DNA of 64,000 nt from Deltaproteobacteria bacterium (GCA_005888095.1 VBKF01000111.1:260-64259), one strand, 5' to 3'. Shown: positions 53,220-63,082, numbered from the stretch's first letter. Translations and numbers: made by a program. Notes: a model not told the origin generated them from the letters alone.

Positions 53220-54205
53220 GCTTCACGCTCGCCCTCTCCGAGGAGGAGCGGCTCGTCCAGGAGACGGCGCGCCGCTTCGCCGAGGACCGCCTGCTGCCGC
53301 GCGTGCGCTCCCACGAGCGGGCGCGCGGTGTGGCGCCCGAGCTCGTCCGGGAGTTCGCGGCGCTCGGTCTCGGCGGGGTCGAGGTCGGCGCCTTCGTGCG
53401 GGCGATCGTCCTCGAAGAGCTGGCGGCCGTCGATCCCGGGGCGGCCGTGGCGCTCGACGGCGCCGGACCGGCGATTCCCTTCCTCGGCCGCACCACGGCG
53501 GACCCCGGGTTCCGCGCCGTCGTGGTCGACGACGTCGAGGAGCATTTCCGGCTTCGCGACGGCCGCCTCGACGGCCAGCACCCCTGGGTGCCCGCCGACC
53601 GGATCGACGTCGCGGTGATCCTGCACGGCGACCGCGCGTACCTCGTGCGTGAGGGCTGGCGACTCGACGCCGTGCAGCCGTGCGGCCTCGAGGCGGCGGG
53701 CGCCTCGCGGCTCGCGCTCGCGAACGCGCCGGTGGCCGCCATCGACGACGCCGCACGCGCCCGGGCCCATCTGCGGACCTGGGTGGCCGCGCTCCTCGTC
53801 GGGGCCGCGCGCGGCGCGCACCGCTACGCGATGCGCTACGCCCTGGAGCGGACCGCCTTCGGGCGGCCGATCGCGCACCACCAGGCGCTCGCCTTCCTGA
53901 TCGCCGACCTCGCGACCGCGGTCGACGCCGCCCGGCTCGCCGTGTGGCGCGCCGCCGCCGGGCTCGACCGCGGCGAATCGGCCGAGTGGGAAGCGGCCTG
54001 CGCACTCGCCGAGGCCGCCGAGCAGGCGCTCCTCGTCGGCCCGAGCGCCGTGCAGATCCTCGGCGGCCACGGCTTCATGAAGGACCACCCGGTCGAGAAG
54101 TGGATGCGCGACATCCGGACGCTGGCGGGGCTCGCCGGCGGGCGCGACGCAGCGGAAGTCGCCGCGGCGGCGCTGGCCCCCGAGCACGAGGCGGGCCTCC
54201 GATGA
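53216..54205 (+). CDS. Acyl-CoA dehydrogenase-like protein, short form. It is probably the non-catalytic or FAD-poor partner subunit
   Basis: The ATG overlaps the thioesterase stop (ATGA). The product is about 330 aa, with ACAD N- and C-terminal helical domains (RYALERTAFGRPIAHHQALAFLIADLATAV) but a truncated middle domain. Confidence 0.7.
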   Translation: MSFTLALSEEERLVQETARRFAEDRLLPRVRSHERARGVAPELVREFAALGLGGVEVGAFVRAIVLEELAAVDPGAAVALDGAGPAIPFLGRTTADPGFRAVVVDDVEEHFRLRDGRLDGQHPWVPADRIDVAVILHGDRAYLVREGWRLDAVQPCGLEAAGASRLALANAPVAAIDDAARARAHLRTWVAALLVGAARGAHRYAMRYALERTAFGRPIAHHQALAFLIADLATAVDAARLAVWRAAAGLDRGESAEWEAACALAEAAEQALLVGPSAVQILGGHGFMKDHPVEKWMRDIRTLAGLAGGRDAAEVAAAALAPEHEAGLR

Positions 54206-55383
54206 TCGACCTCGCGATCGGGCCGGAGCTCGAGGCCGAGCTCGAGGGCGTGCGCCGGCTCGGGCGCGAGTTCCTCCGCCCCCTCGGCATCGAGGCGGAC
54301 CGGAACGCCGCCCCCGTGCCGCCCGATCATCCATTCTTCGCCATGGTGTGGCGCATGGGGCTCGGGCAGCCGCTCGGCGTGCAAGAGCGGCCCGGGTCGC
54401 GCGGGGGGGCCCGGCGCGGCGTCGTCCTCGCCGAGGAGATGTCGTACTGGGACCGCGGCATGTCGGTGGCGATGCCGGGCCTCGGTCTCGGCGGCCCGCC
54501 GCTCTTCACCATGGGGACGCCCGAGCAGAAGGAACGGTTCCTGGCGCCCTTCCGGGACCGCGAGCGGCCGCACTGGGCCGCCTTCGCGATGACCGAGCCC
54601 GGCGCGGGGAGCGACGTGGCCGCGATCGAGACGACGGCGGTGCGCGACGGCGACACGTGGGTCCTCCGCGGCGCCAAGACCTTCATCTCGAACGCGATGC
54701 GCGCCGACTGGATCGTCGTATGGGCCACCGTCGACCGCGCGGCGGGGCGCGCCGGCCACCGGGCGTTCATCGTCGAGCGCGGCACGCCCGGGCTCGAGGA
54801 CATGCGCCACGAGCACAAGATGGGGCTCATCGCCTACGAGAGCTCGTCGTTCACGCTGCGCGACTGCCCGGTGCCGGCCGCGAACCTCCTCGGCGGCGAG
54901 CGCCACTACGCCGAGCGCGCCGGCTTCAAGGGTGCGATGAAGAGCTTCAACGCGACCCGCCCCGCCATCGCGGCGATGGCGATCGGCATCGCGCGCGCCG
55001 CCTACGACGCCGCCCGCGACTTCGCGCGGTCGCACTACGCCCTCGACCGCCCGATCCCGCGCTATCAGCGCGTGCGCGAGAAGCTCGCGCGCATGGCGCG
55101 CAAGCTCGAGGTCGGCCGCCTCCTCTGCTGGCGGGCGGCGTACCTCGCCGACGTCGAGCAGCCGAACGAGGTGGAGGCGTCGATGGCGAAGGCGTTCGCG
55201 GCCACCAGCGCCCAGGAGGCGACGGGCCTCGCGGTCGAGGTCCTGGGCGACGCCGGGGTCACGGCCGACGGCTACGTCGAGAAGCTCTACCGCGACGTCA
55301 AGGCGATGGACATCGTCGAGGGCACGGGCCAGATTCAGCGCATCGTCATCGCGCGGCGGCTGGTCGGCCTGCCGAACGCGTGA
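54202..55383 (+). CDS. Acyl-CoA dehydrogenase (full-length, 393 aa)
   Basis: The ATG overlaps the previous stop (ATGA). It has AFAMTEPGAGSDVAAI, the middle beta-domain, and the C-terminal YRDVKAMDIVEGTGQIQRIVIARRL with the catalytic-base region. Confidence 0.85.
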   Translation: MIDLAIGPELEAELEGVRRLGREFLRPLGIEADRNAAPVPPDHPFFAMVWRMGLGQPLGVQERPGSRGGARRGVVLAEEMSYWDRGMSVAMPGLGLGGPPLFTMGTPEQKERFLAPFRDRERPHWAAFAMTEPGAGSDVAAIETTAVRDGDTWVLRGAKTFISNAMRADWIVVWATVDRAAGRAGHRAFIVERGTPGLEDMRHEHKMGLIAYESSSFTLRDCPVPAANLLGGERHYAERAGFKGAMKSFNATRPAIAAMAIGIARAAYDAARDFARSHYALDRPIPRYQRVREKLARMARKLEVGRLLCWRAAYLADVEQPNEVEASMAKAFAATSAQEATGLAVEVLGDAGVTADGYVEKLYRDVKAMDIVEGTGQIQRIVIARRLVGLPNA

Positions 55384-56549
55384 AGGTCTCGCTCTTCTAC
55401 CTGCCCTCGGCCGGGAGCCGCGCCGACATCGAGCGCGGCCGCGCGGGCCTCCGTGGCGACCTCTACCAGCGCATGCTCGCCGAGCTGGCCGAGCAGGCGA
55501 AGCTCGCCGATGCGCTCGGCTACGACTCGATCAGCTTCACCGAGCACCACTTCCACGTCGAGGGCTTCGAGCTCTCGAACAGCCCCGTGCTGCTCGACCT
55601 CTTCGTCGGCCTGCAGACGAAGCGCATCCGCGTGGGCCAGCTCGGCATCGTCCTCCCGGCGCACAACCCGATCCGCGTCGCCGAGGAGATCGCGATGCTC
55701 GACCACATGACGGGCGGGCGCGCCAACGCGGGCTTCGCCCGCGGCTACCAGCGGCGCTGGGTGGACGTGATGGCGCAGCAGACGCACGGCATCCACGGCG
55801 CCCTCCCCCACCAGCACGACGCGGTCGACGCCGCCAACCGGGCCGCCTTCGAGGAGTGCTTCCGCATCATCAAGCAGGCCTGGACCGAGGACCTGCTCTC
55901 CTATCAGGGCCGCTACTGGCGCATCCCGCCCGGCGCGACGCCGTGGGACCTGGAGTCGACGCGGCGCTACGGCGCCGGGGTGGTCGACGGCGTCGTGCGC
56001 GCCGTCGGCGTGGTGCCGAAGCCGCTCCAGAAGCCGCACCCGCCGCTCTTCCAGCCGTTCGCCTCCTCGGAGCGAAGCATCCGCTGGTGCGCCGAGGAGG
56101 GCGTGACGGCGATCCTGCCGCCGCTCCACCCCTCGCTCGAGGACCGGCTCGTCCGCCTCTACGCCGAGGTCTCGGGACGTCCGCTCGGGGAAGGCGTGGG
56201 CGTGCTGCGCGACGTCATCGTCGCACCCACCGACGACGAGGCGCTGGCGCTCTGGGGCGACAGCGGCGCCTTCTGCGGGCGCGAGTGGTTCGAGCCGTTC
56301 GGCTTCTCGAAGGGGCTCGTCGACCCGGCGACGGGCGAGGTGCCGAACCTGTTCGAGCAGGGCCTCGCCCTCGTCGGCTCGGTCGACACGGTGACGCGCC
56401 AGCTCGAGCGGCTGCGGGCGCGGCTCCCGGTCCGCTGGCTCTTCGCGTGGACCTACAACGCGCTCATCCCGCACGCCGAGCTCATGCGGTCGATCGAGCT
56501 GTTCGCGACCCGCGTGCTGCCGCGAGTGGGTGTCCAGTCGCCTACGTGA
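55380..56549 (+). CDS. LLM-class flavin-dependent oxidoreductase (luciferase-like monooxygenase)
   Basis: The GTG start overlaps the ACAD stop (GTGA). It has MKVSLFYLP...GYDSISFTEHHFHVEGFELSNSPVLL...MTGGRANAGFARGY. Confidence 0.8.
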   Translation: MKVSLFYLPSAGSRADIERGRAGLRGDLYQRMLAELAEQAKLADALGYDSISFTEHHFHVEGFELSNSPVLLDLFVGLQTKRIRVGQLGIVLPAHNPIRVAEEIAMLDHMTGGRANAGFARGYQRRWVDVMAQQTHGIHGALPHQHDAVDAANRAAFEECFRIIKQAWTEDLLSYQGRYWRIPPGATPWDLESTRRYGAGVVDGVVRAVGVVPKPLQKPHPPLFQPFASSERSIRWCAEEGVTAILPPLHPSLEDRLVRLYAEVSGRPLGEGVGVLRDVIVAPTDDEALALWGDSGAFCGREWFEPFGFSKGLVDPATGEVPNLFEQGLALVGSVDTVTRQLERLRARLPVRWLFAWTYNALIPHAELMRSIELFATRVLPRVGVQSPT

Positions 56550-56985
56550 GCGCCCGCAACGCCACCTGGACGATGAGTCCGATCGACGCGAGAAGCCCCA
56601 CCACGTAGGACACGGTGCGCCACGGCTGGAGGGCGGCGACGTACGCGACGCTGTGGATGTAGCGGGCGACCGTGAAGACCCCGAAGTAGATGACCGCGCC
56701 CGTGCGGCCGGCGCCGAGCAGGACGTAGAGGAACCCGAGGATCAGGAACGGAAGGATGTTCGCCATCGCGTTGGCGTGCGCGCGAAGCACGCGTGCCACC
56801 TCGGGCGGATCACGCTCGACCGTCGACCGGCCCGAGAGGAGACGGGCGTCCTCCGGGTTGATCAGGGTCCGCGTGCGGTTGCGCGTGAGACCGCTGTAGA
56901 GCCACAGGCCGTAGAGGTTCAGGCAGAGCAGCGCCGCCGACACCGCATAGGGGACGAAGGCGGGCATGTGCGTGAGCTCGCTCAT
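56542..56985 (-). CDS. MAPEG-family membrane protein (microsomal GST-like)
   Basis: Starts at the internal Met of track ORF 56542..57015. The product is MSELTHMPAFVPYAVSAALLCLNLYGLW...RAHANAMANILPFLILGFLYVLL, about 147 aa with four TM helices. Confidence 0.6.
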   Translation of the reverse strand: MSELTHMPAFVPYAVSAALLCLNLYGLWLYSGLTRNRTRTLINPEDARLLSGRSTVERDPPEVARVLRAHANAMANILPFLILGFLYVLLGAGRTGAVIYFGVFTVARYIHSVAYVAALQPWRTVSYVVGLLASIGLIVQVALRALT

Positions 56986-57057
56986 GGTCGGCGGTTGGCC
57001 GCGTATCAGGCACACGCGGCGCCTTCAAGCACCCCGGAGAGTGCCCGGCGGTACGGT

Positions 57058-57447
57058 TCAGCTGGCGGGCGCGCGCACACTGACCAGCCACGCCAGGAAC
57101 AGCATCGCGAAGATGAGATCGCCCGTCCCCAGGACAGGCAGGCGTATGGGCACCGTTCCCACCGCCCAGCACCCCACCAGCAGCCCGAAGAAGGACAGCT
57201 TCCCTGCTGCCGCCAGCGTGATGAAGAGACGCTCGGCGCGTCCCGCGATCGCGGCCCACAGATACCCGAGCCCGAAGATCAGGATGAACATTCCGACGGT
57301 CAGCAGGTAGAGCCCGTGACCGGCTTCGGGGAACCCCAAGAGAGCGCGCAGGCGTTCGGCGGCGGGGATGAACGCGGCGGCGGCCAGGATGTTCATGCCA
57401 GCGGTGGCGAACAATGCGCGTCGCATCCATGGGGGGAGGGGGATCAT
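57058..57447 (-). CDS. Hypothetical four-TM membrane protein
   Basis: 129-aa hydrophobic ORF directly downstream of the metallophosphoesterase gene on the same strand. Confidence 0.5.
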   Translation of the reverse strand: MIPLPPWMRRALFATAGMNILAAAAFIPAAERLRALLGFPEAGHGLYLLTVGMFILIFGLGYLWAAIAGRAERLFITLAAAGKLSFFGLLVGCWAVGTVPIRLPVLGTGDLIFAMLFLAWLVSVRAPAS

Positions 57448-57453
57448 GTCGGT

Positions 57454-57948
57454 TCACGGAGTGATGGCCGCAATCTCGATGATGGTCCCATCACAGCGCT
57501 CGGGCCCGAGGACGAGCTGCGCGACGGCCACCGGCAGAGAGAAACGCCGTGGGCCGGCACTGCCAGGGTTGATGAAGAGAACGCCCTTGCGCTTCTCGAC
57601 GCACGGACGGTGGGAGTGACCGGAAAGGACTGCCGCAAAGCCCGCCGCAGCCGGATCGAGGCTGAGCTGGGCGAGGTCATGGATGACGTAGAGGGTGTGG
57701 ATCCCGACCTCGATGACCTCATCGACGGGCAGCGTGGAGGCCCACGGACCCTTGTCGTTGTTTCCTCGGACCGCCCGGACCGGCGCGATGGCTCCAAGCG
57801 CATCCAGGACAACGGGCGCGCCGATATCTCCGCAATGGACGATGAGATCCGACCCGCGAAGCCGCTCCAGGGCCTCCGGCCGGATCAGCCCGTGCGTGTC
57901 AGAGATCACGCCGACCTTCCCGAGCGATCGGGTCCCTGCGGCTGACAT
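57454..57948 (-). CDS. YfcE/MJ0936-type metallophosphoesterase (phosphodiesterase)
   Basis: Starts at the internal Met MSAAGTRSLGKVGVISDTHG. The motifs are DTHG, HCGD, GNND, GHSH and NPGS. Confidence 0.75.
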   Translation of the reverse strand: MSAAGTRSLGKVGVISDTHGLIRPEALERLRGSDLIVHCGDIGAPVVLDALGAIAPVRAVRGNNDKGPWASTLPVDEVIEVGIHTLYVIHDLAQLSLDPAAAGFAAVLSGHSHRPCVEKRKGVLFINPGSAGPRRFSLPVAVAQLVLGPERCDGTIIEIAAITP

Positions 57949-58044
57949 GGCGTCCTCGCAGCGCGAGCGGGCGCGCCGAGCAGGCACCGCATATCACGAG
58001 CCGACCCAATCGCAGAAGGGCGGGAAGGAACCACCTCGCGTCGA

Positions 58045-58794
58045 TCAGGACGGCTGCCCGGCGTGAGCTGAAGCGCCATGTGGGGCGGCGCGCTCGCGAA
58101 GGATGAACCCGAGCCAGGCATACCAGATGGGCGCGAGCAGAAAGCCGCCGACTCCGATGGAAAGGACCAGAAGCCAATGAACGAGGAAGGTATAGCCGAG
58201 GACCCCGGCGAAATAGGTGAGCCCCGTCGCGTAACCCAGCACGCAAAGGGGGCTCGGTAGGAGCCTGGCCTGGTGACCGAGCCAGCTCACCGTGACCACC
58301 CAGACGCCGATGGCTCCGTAAGTGAAAACGCCGTCGGGGACGTCCAGAGCCAGGCCAGCCACCACCTGAACCGCCTGCTGAAAGGCGCGATCAGCGTGCG
58401 GGTATTGCGGAATGATCCTGCGGTCGAATGCGACTTCCATGAGGTGGCTCCTGGCGAGGACAGCGAAGCCGCAGAAGGCGGCCGCGGCCGACCAGAGAAC
58501 GGCTCCCCGGTTTCGGGACCAGACGACCAATGAGATCGCGGGAACCGCGCCAAGACCAAAGAAGCCTGCCGCCACCCATGACCAATGAAAGCCGAGGTGA
58601 GCGAGTGGGTCCTGGCATAGAACCATCCAGAATTGATGAGGTGCGACGTCGGGCCTTCCCTGCAGCTCCGGGGGCATCAACACGGCGCAAACGCTCGAGG
58701 CGAGATACGACAGGGCCACCCCGAACGATGCGATGCTGCCGGCCTTGGCGATCGTGGGGTCATGCTGCATGTGAAGCCGCGCCGGCTCGATCAT
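58045..58794 (-). CDS. Hypothetical polytopic membrane protein
   Basis: The C-terminal 250 aa of track ORF 58045..59313 start at MIEPARLHM. Its ATG overlaps the stop of the upstream gene (ATGA at 58791..58794). It is hydrophobic throughout. Confidence 0.55.
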   Translation of the reverse strand: MIEPARLHMQHDPTIAKAGSIASFGVALSYLASSVCAVLMPPELQGRPDVAPHQFWMVLCQDPLAHLGFHWSWVAAGFFGLGAVPAISLVVWSRNRGAVLWSAAAAFCGFAVLARSHLMEVAFDRRIIPQYPHADRAFQQAVQVVAGLALDVPDGVFTYGAIGVWVVTVSWLGHQARLLPSPLCVLGYATGLTYFAGVLGYTFLVHWLLVLSIGVGGFLLAPIWYAWLGFILRERAAPHGASAHAGQPS

Positions 58795-59231
58795 GGCTGT
58801 ACCGAGGAACCGAGGTAGAAGAGGGCTGCGCGAACCGCAATGAACCAGACCGCCAGGGTGGAGACCGCATAAAGGTAGAATCGCACCATGACGATATTGA
58901 TCGTGCAATGGACTGCACTGTGAAGCACGCGAAACGCAACAAAGACCCACGCGGCGCTCACGTACGCCGCATCGACATGATTCGTGACGAACAGATACAG
59001 CGTGAGCGCGTAGAAGAGCACCGGGATCTCGAACAGGTTCTTCAGGTTGTCCGAAGGATTGGACACTTCGGGAGGCGAGAGCTGGGCGAGCGCCCCGGGG
59101 ACGGCCAGGGCCTTCGGGCTGAGCTTGCTGCTCGTGATGAAGCGGATGCGCCGGATGTACATGTACACCCACACCAGGAGCGTCAGGAACATCGTCGCGA
59201 AGAAGGGACCGAAGATCGCGGTCTGCGGCAT
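58791..59231 (-). CDS. MAPEG-like / small four-TM membrane protein
   Basis: 146-aa ORF starting MPQTAIFGPFFATMFLTLLVWVYMYIRRIRF... It has lower GC than its surroundings. Confidence 0.55.
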   Translation of the reverse strand: MPQTAIFGPFFATMFLTLLVWVYMYIRRIRFITSSKLSPKALAVPGALAQLSPPEVSNPSDNLKNLFEIPVLFYALTLYLFVTNHVDAAYVSAAWVFVAFRVLHSAVHCTINIVMVRFYLYAVSTLAVWFIAVRAALFYLGSSVQP

Positions 59232-59368
59232 CGTGCTCTCCTCCTTGGGAGTGCCTCGCGCCTCGCCGATTGCTGCTGTCTGGATGCCGGCGTCGGGGTG
59301 CTGCCGAGGTCACGTCACGGACGCGGGTCCTTGCCGGCCCGATGGAGCCTCTCGCGCCTCGGCGCCCA

Positions 59369-60106
59369 TCACGATCCGTAGGGTTGCTGGCAGTTCATCC
59401 CCCCGCGGGACGGCAAGATGCAGGCGCTGATCGTCCCGACCCGATCGACGTTCGAGTCCTGCATGATGGTGACCGTCACGGGCGGCTGGAACGGCTCGTG
59501 GATGTCGAGCGCGAGAAGGCGCAGCTTGACGCCGTAGTAGTCGGGGTGGGCGGGCAGCTGGGCCTTCTCGACCGGTTTGGTGATGCAGAGGGCGCCCCGG
59601 ACGCCGGGGTGGCATTCCTCCGGCGCCCACCGGATCGTGACGTCGAGGTTGGCCGCGTCCGTGACGTGGACCGACAGTCCGGACGTGACGCTAAGCGCGT
59701 CCGGCGGCACGGTCACGAACTTGCCGAGCACCACGATGCCACCGCGGCGGACGTCGCTCTCGACGCCCCGGAGCCGGGCGAGTCGGATGGTCATCGGTGT
59801 GGCACACCGGCCGCCGCGGCAGGTGCCGGTCGTGTTGCAGGTCGTGCCGTCGGGCTTCGGCGGGTTCGAGCAGAGGCCGGTGGTGAGGTCGCAGCTGCCG
59901 GCATCGTGACATTCGTCCGGCGCCGGACACGTGGCCATGATGGTACAGGTGCTCGTGCAGCAGTCGCCCGCCACGTCGGGCCCCGGGTCGCATTCCTCGC
60001 CCGGGTCGAGGACGCCGTCGCCACAGCTCGCGTAGGCGATGCGCGGGCCGAGCACGAACGCCGCGACGAGCGACAACAGCACGATGAAAACACGGTGACG
60101 CGTCAT
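59369..60106 (-). CDS. Secreted protein with an N-terminal Myxococcales-type cysteine-rich repeat and a C-terminal beta domain
   Basis: The signal peptide is MTRHRVFIVLLSLVAAFVLGPRIAYA. The Cys repeat is SCGDGVLDPGEECDPGPDVAGDCCTSTC, followed by further Cys-rich segments. Confidence 0.7.
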   Translation of the reverse strand: MTRHRVFIVLLSLVAAFVLGPRIAYASCGDGVLDPGEECDPGPDVAGDCCTSTCTIMATCPAPDECHDAGSCDLTTGLCSNPPKPDGTTCNTTGTCRGGRCATPMTIRLARLRGVESDVRRGGIVVLGKFVTVPPDALSVTSGLSVHVTDAANLDVTIRWAPEECHPGVRGALCITKPVEKAQLPAHPDYYGVKLRLLALDIHEPFQPPVTVTIMQDSNVDRVGTISACILPSRGGMNCQQPYGS

Positions 60107-60224
60107 GTCGATTCCCCCCGTATGTCTTTCCCTAGTGCAGCGTAATTTTCCTGCCCAGGGTCATCGGCGGGGTGCCGAGCGAATTCGCGCCGCCGCGGCT
60201 TGACTCAGTTCCAATTTAGAACCT

Positions 60225-60737
60225 ATGATCGCCCGCCCAATGCGGTGGCAGGACATCGGCGACATGACCTGCTCGGTGGCGCGCGCCCTCTCCGTCGTGG
60301 GCGACCGCTGGACCTTGCTCGTCCTGCGCGACGCGTTCCTCGGCGTGCGGCGGTTCGAGGACTTCCATACCGACCTCGGCACCACGCGCCATCGCCTGGC
60401 AGACCGGCTCCGCAAGCTCGTGGACCACGGCGTCCTCGAGCGGGTGCCCTACGCGGACCGGCCGCGCCGGTTCGAGTACCGGCTGACGGAGAAGGGGCGC
60501 GACCTCTATCCCGTCGTCGTCTCGCTCACCCGCTGGGGCGACCGCTGGATGGCGGGCCGCGACGGGCCGCCGGTCGAGCTGGTGCACCGCGGGTGCGGGC
60601 GCCGGATCATGCCGACGCTCGCCTGCCCGGAGTGCGGCGAGCCGGTCGGCGCACGCGACATGCAGGTGCGGCCGGGACCCGCGCTCCGCAAGGAATGGAA
60701 GGCGCGACCGCAGCGCCCCAGAGAGGAGCTCCGATGA
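60225..60737 (+). CDS. HxlR-family winged-helix transcriptional regulator with a C-terminal CxxC...CxxC zinc-ribbon-like extension
   Basis: CSVARALSVVGDRWTLLVLRDAFLGVRRFEDF is the HxlR signature. The extension carries HRGCGRR...CPECGE. Confidence 0.8.
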   Translation: MIARPMRWQDIGDMTCSVARALSVVGDRWTLLVLRDAFLGVRRFEDFHTDLGTTRHRLADRLRKLVDHGVLERVPYADRPRRFEYRLTEKGRDLYPVVVSLTRWGDRWMAGRDGPPVELVHRGCGRRIMPTLACPECGEPVGARDMQVRPGPALRKEWKARPQRPREELR

Positions 60738-63073
60738 TCGCAGCCCAGCCCGTCGATCCCTCCGTCTCCCGGACGCCGCTCCCGCTCGACGCCGCCGACC
60801 TCCCGACCATCTGCGTGCTCTGCAGCCAGAACTGCGGGGTGCGGGTGGACGTGGCCGGCGGCCGGATCGTCGCGGTCCGCGCCGACGAGAGGAACCCGAT
60901 CACCACCGGCTACATCTGCAACAAGGGCTTCAGCATCCCGAGCTACGTGCGCCACGCCGAGCGCCTCGCGCATCCCCTCAAGCGCCGCCCCGACGGCGGC
61001 TTCGAGCGCATCGGCTGGGACGTCGCCATCGCCGAGATCGCGGCCCGGCTCACCGACATCCGCGCGCGCCACTCGCCGCGCGCGATCGGCCTGGTCGGCA
61101 TCGGCGGCCAGGGGAACCACATGGATGCCCCCTACGGCCTCGGCTTCCTGCGTGCGCTCGGCTCCCGCCGCTGGTTCAACGCCTTCGCGCAGGAGAAGAC
61201 CCAGCACTGCCTGATGGATCAGTGGATGTTCGACGCCTCGCCGGCCACCTACCTCCACGCCGACCAGCGGAACGCGCGCTTCCTCCTCGTCCTCGGCACC
61301 AACCCGCGCATCTCGAACCGCGGCCACAACGCCACCGAGAGCTTCAAGGGCTTCGTCGAGGATCCCCGGCACACGCTCGTGGTCGTCGACCCGCGCGAGA
61401 CCGAGACCACACGCGGCGCGCACCGCCATCTGCGCGTCCGGCCGGGCACGGACGCCTACCTGCTCCTCGGCCTCGCGGCGACGATCGTCCGGCGCGGGCT
61501 GGTCGACGAGGCGTTCGTCGGCGAGCGGACGCGGGACTTCGCGCGCCTGGCCGAGGCGCTCGCCGCGGTGGACGTCGACGAGATGGCGCGGCGCTGCGGC
61601 CTCGAGCCGGCGGCCATCGTCGAGACCGCCACCGCCTTCGCCGAGGCCGAGTCGGCCGCCATCTTCTACGACCTCGGCGTCGAGCAGACCCCCTTCTCGA
61701 CGCTCATCTCCTACCTGATCCGCGTGCTCCTCTCGCTGACGGGGAACGTCGGGCGGCCGGGCGGCAACGTCTTCTTCGAGACCATCCTGGTTCCCGAGCC
61801 CTGGCGCCCGCGGGAGCCCGAGCGGGCGCTCGCGTCGGGCATCCCGGCCATCGCCGCGCTCGGCAACTTCGCGATGTTCTCCCCGACGCTCGTCCCCGAG
61901 GAGGTCCTGCTCGACCATCCGGAGCGCCTGCGGGCGCTCATCGTCGAGGGCTCGAACCCCTTCCTCTCGTACTCGGACACCGCGCGCTGGCGCGAGGCCC
62001 GCGAGCGGCTCGAGCTGCTCGTCGTGATCGAGCCGGCCATGACCGAGACGGCGCGGGCGGCGGACTACGTGCTGCCCACCCCGGTCGGCTACGAGAAGTG
62101 GGAGTTCGCGAATTTCCCGAAGGGCTACCCCGAGATCTTCGTCCAGGTCCGACCGCCCGTGGTGCCGGGCCCGACCGAGGCGCTCCCCGAGCCCGAGATC
62201 TACGCGCGCCTCGCCGAGGCGATGGGGATCTTCGGCCCGGCGCCGGCGGCGCTCCACGACCTCGCGGCGGGCGCGCTCGAGCCAGTGGGCGCGATGCGCT
62301 TCCTCGCCGCGGCGCAGGAGCTGACGGCCACCGACGGGATCGCCAAGGAGCGGCTCCTCTTCTGGACCTACCGCACCCTCGGGCCCCAGCTACGGAGCCC
62401 CGCGCTCGCCGCGATCTGGCTGCAGTGTCAGCTGAACGCCATGCTCCGCCTGCCGAGCGTGCTGCGCACCCTCGGGCCCGACTGGCAGGCGCGGAGTCCC
62501 TTCGAGGTCGCGGCCGAGCTCTTCCGCCGCATCCTCGATCACCCCGAAGGGGTCGAGATCGCGCGCATCGCCGAGGACACCAACCTCGAGGATCACCTGG
62601 GCTTCGAGGACGGTCGCATCCGCCTGGCTCCCGAGCCGATGCTCGGGGAGATCGGGCGCGCCGTCGCCTCACCGCCGGCGCACGATGCAAGCTTCCCGTT
62701 CGTGCTCGCGGCCGGGCTCCGCACGCGCTGGACGGCCAACACCATCCAGCGCGATCCGGCGTGGCGGAAGGGCCGCGGGCCGCACTGCGCCCTCAACCTC
62801 TCGCCCGCTGATGCGCGGGATCTCGGGCTGCGTGACGGCGACCGCGTGCACGTCGCCACGCGACGCGGCGCCGTCACCCTGCCGGCTCAGATCGACCCGA
62901 AGCTCCTTCCCGGCCACGTCTGGATGCCGAACGGCTTCGGCATGGTGCACGACGGCATGCTCGACGGCGCGAACCAGAACGAGCTCACGGACACCGCCGA
63001 CCGCGATCCCTTCACCGGCATCCCGCACCATCGCCACGTCCGCTGCCGCCTCGAGCGGGCCGCCGGTGCGTGA
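60734..63073 (+). CDS. Molybdopterin-dependent oxidoreductase, MopB superfamily (bis-MGD enzyme with an N-terminal 4Fe-4S CxxCxxxC motif)
   Basis: The ATG overlaps the hxlR-like stop (ATGA) and is preceded by AGAGGAG. It has ICVLCSQNCGV. The MopB body and the C-terminal molybdopterin dinucleotide-binding region (HVATRRGAVTLPAQID...GHVWMPNGFG) are present. Confidence 0.85.
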   Translation: MIAAQPVDPSVSRTPLPLDAADLPTICVLCSQNCGVRVDVAGGRIVAVRADERNPITTGYICNKGFSIPSYVRHAERLAHPLKRRPDGGFERIGWDVAIAEIAARLTDIRARHSPRAIGLVGIGGQGNHMDAPYGLGFLRALGSRRWFNAFAQEKTQHCLMDQWMFDASPATYLHADQRNARFLLVLGTNPRISNRGHNATESFKGFVEDPRHTLVVVDPRETETTRGAHRHLRVRPGTDAYLLLGLAATIVRRGLVDEAFVGERTRDFARLAEALAAVDVDEMARRCGLEPAAIVETATAFAEAESAAIFYDLGVEQTPFSTLISYLIRVLLSLTGNVGRPGGNVFFETILVPEPWRPREPERALASGIPAIAALGNFAMFSPTLVPEEVLLDHPERLRALIVEGSNPFLSYSDTARWREARERLELLVVIEPAMTETARAADYVLPTPVGYEKWEFANFPKGYPEIFVQVRPPVVPGPTEALPEPEIYARLAEAMGIFGPAPAALHDLAAGALEPVGAMRFLAAAQELTATDGIAKERLLFWTYRTLGPQLRSPALAAIWLQCQLNAMLRLPSVLRTLGPDWQARSPFEVAAELFRRILDHPEGVEIARIAEDTNLEDHLGFEDGRIRLAPEPMLGEIGRAVASPPAHDASFPFVLAAGLRTRWTANTIQRDPAWRKGRGPHCALNLSPADARDLGLRDGDRVHVATRRGAVTLPAQIDPKLLPGHVWMPNGFGMVHDGMLDGANQNELTDTADRDPFTGIPHHRHVRCRLERAAGA

Positions 63074-63082
63074 TCCTCAACG

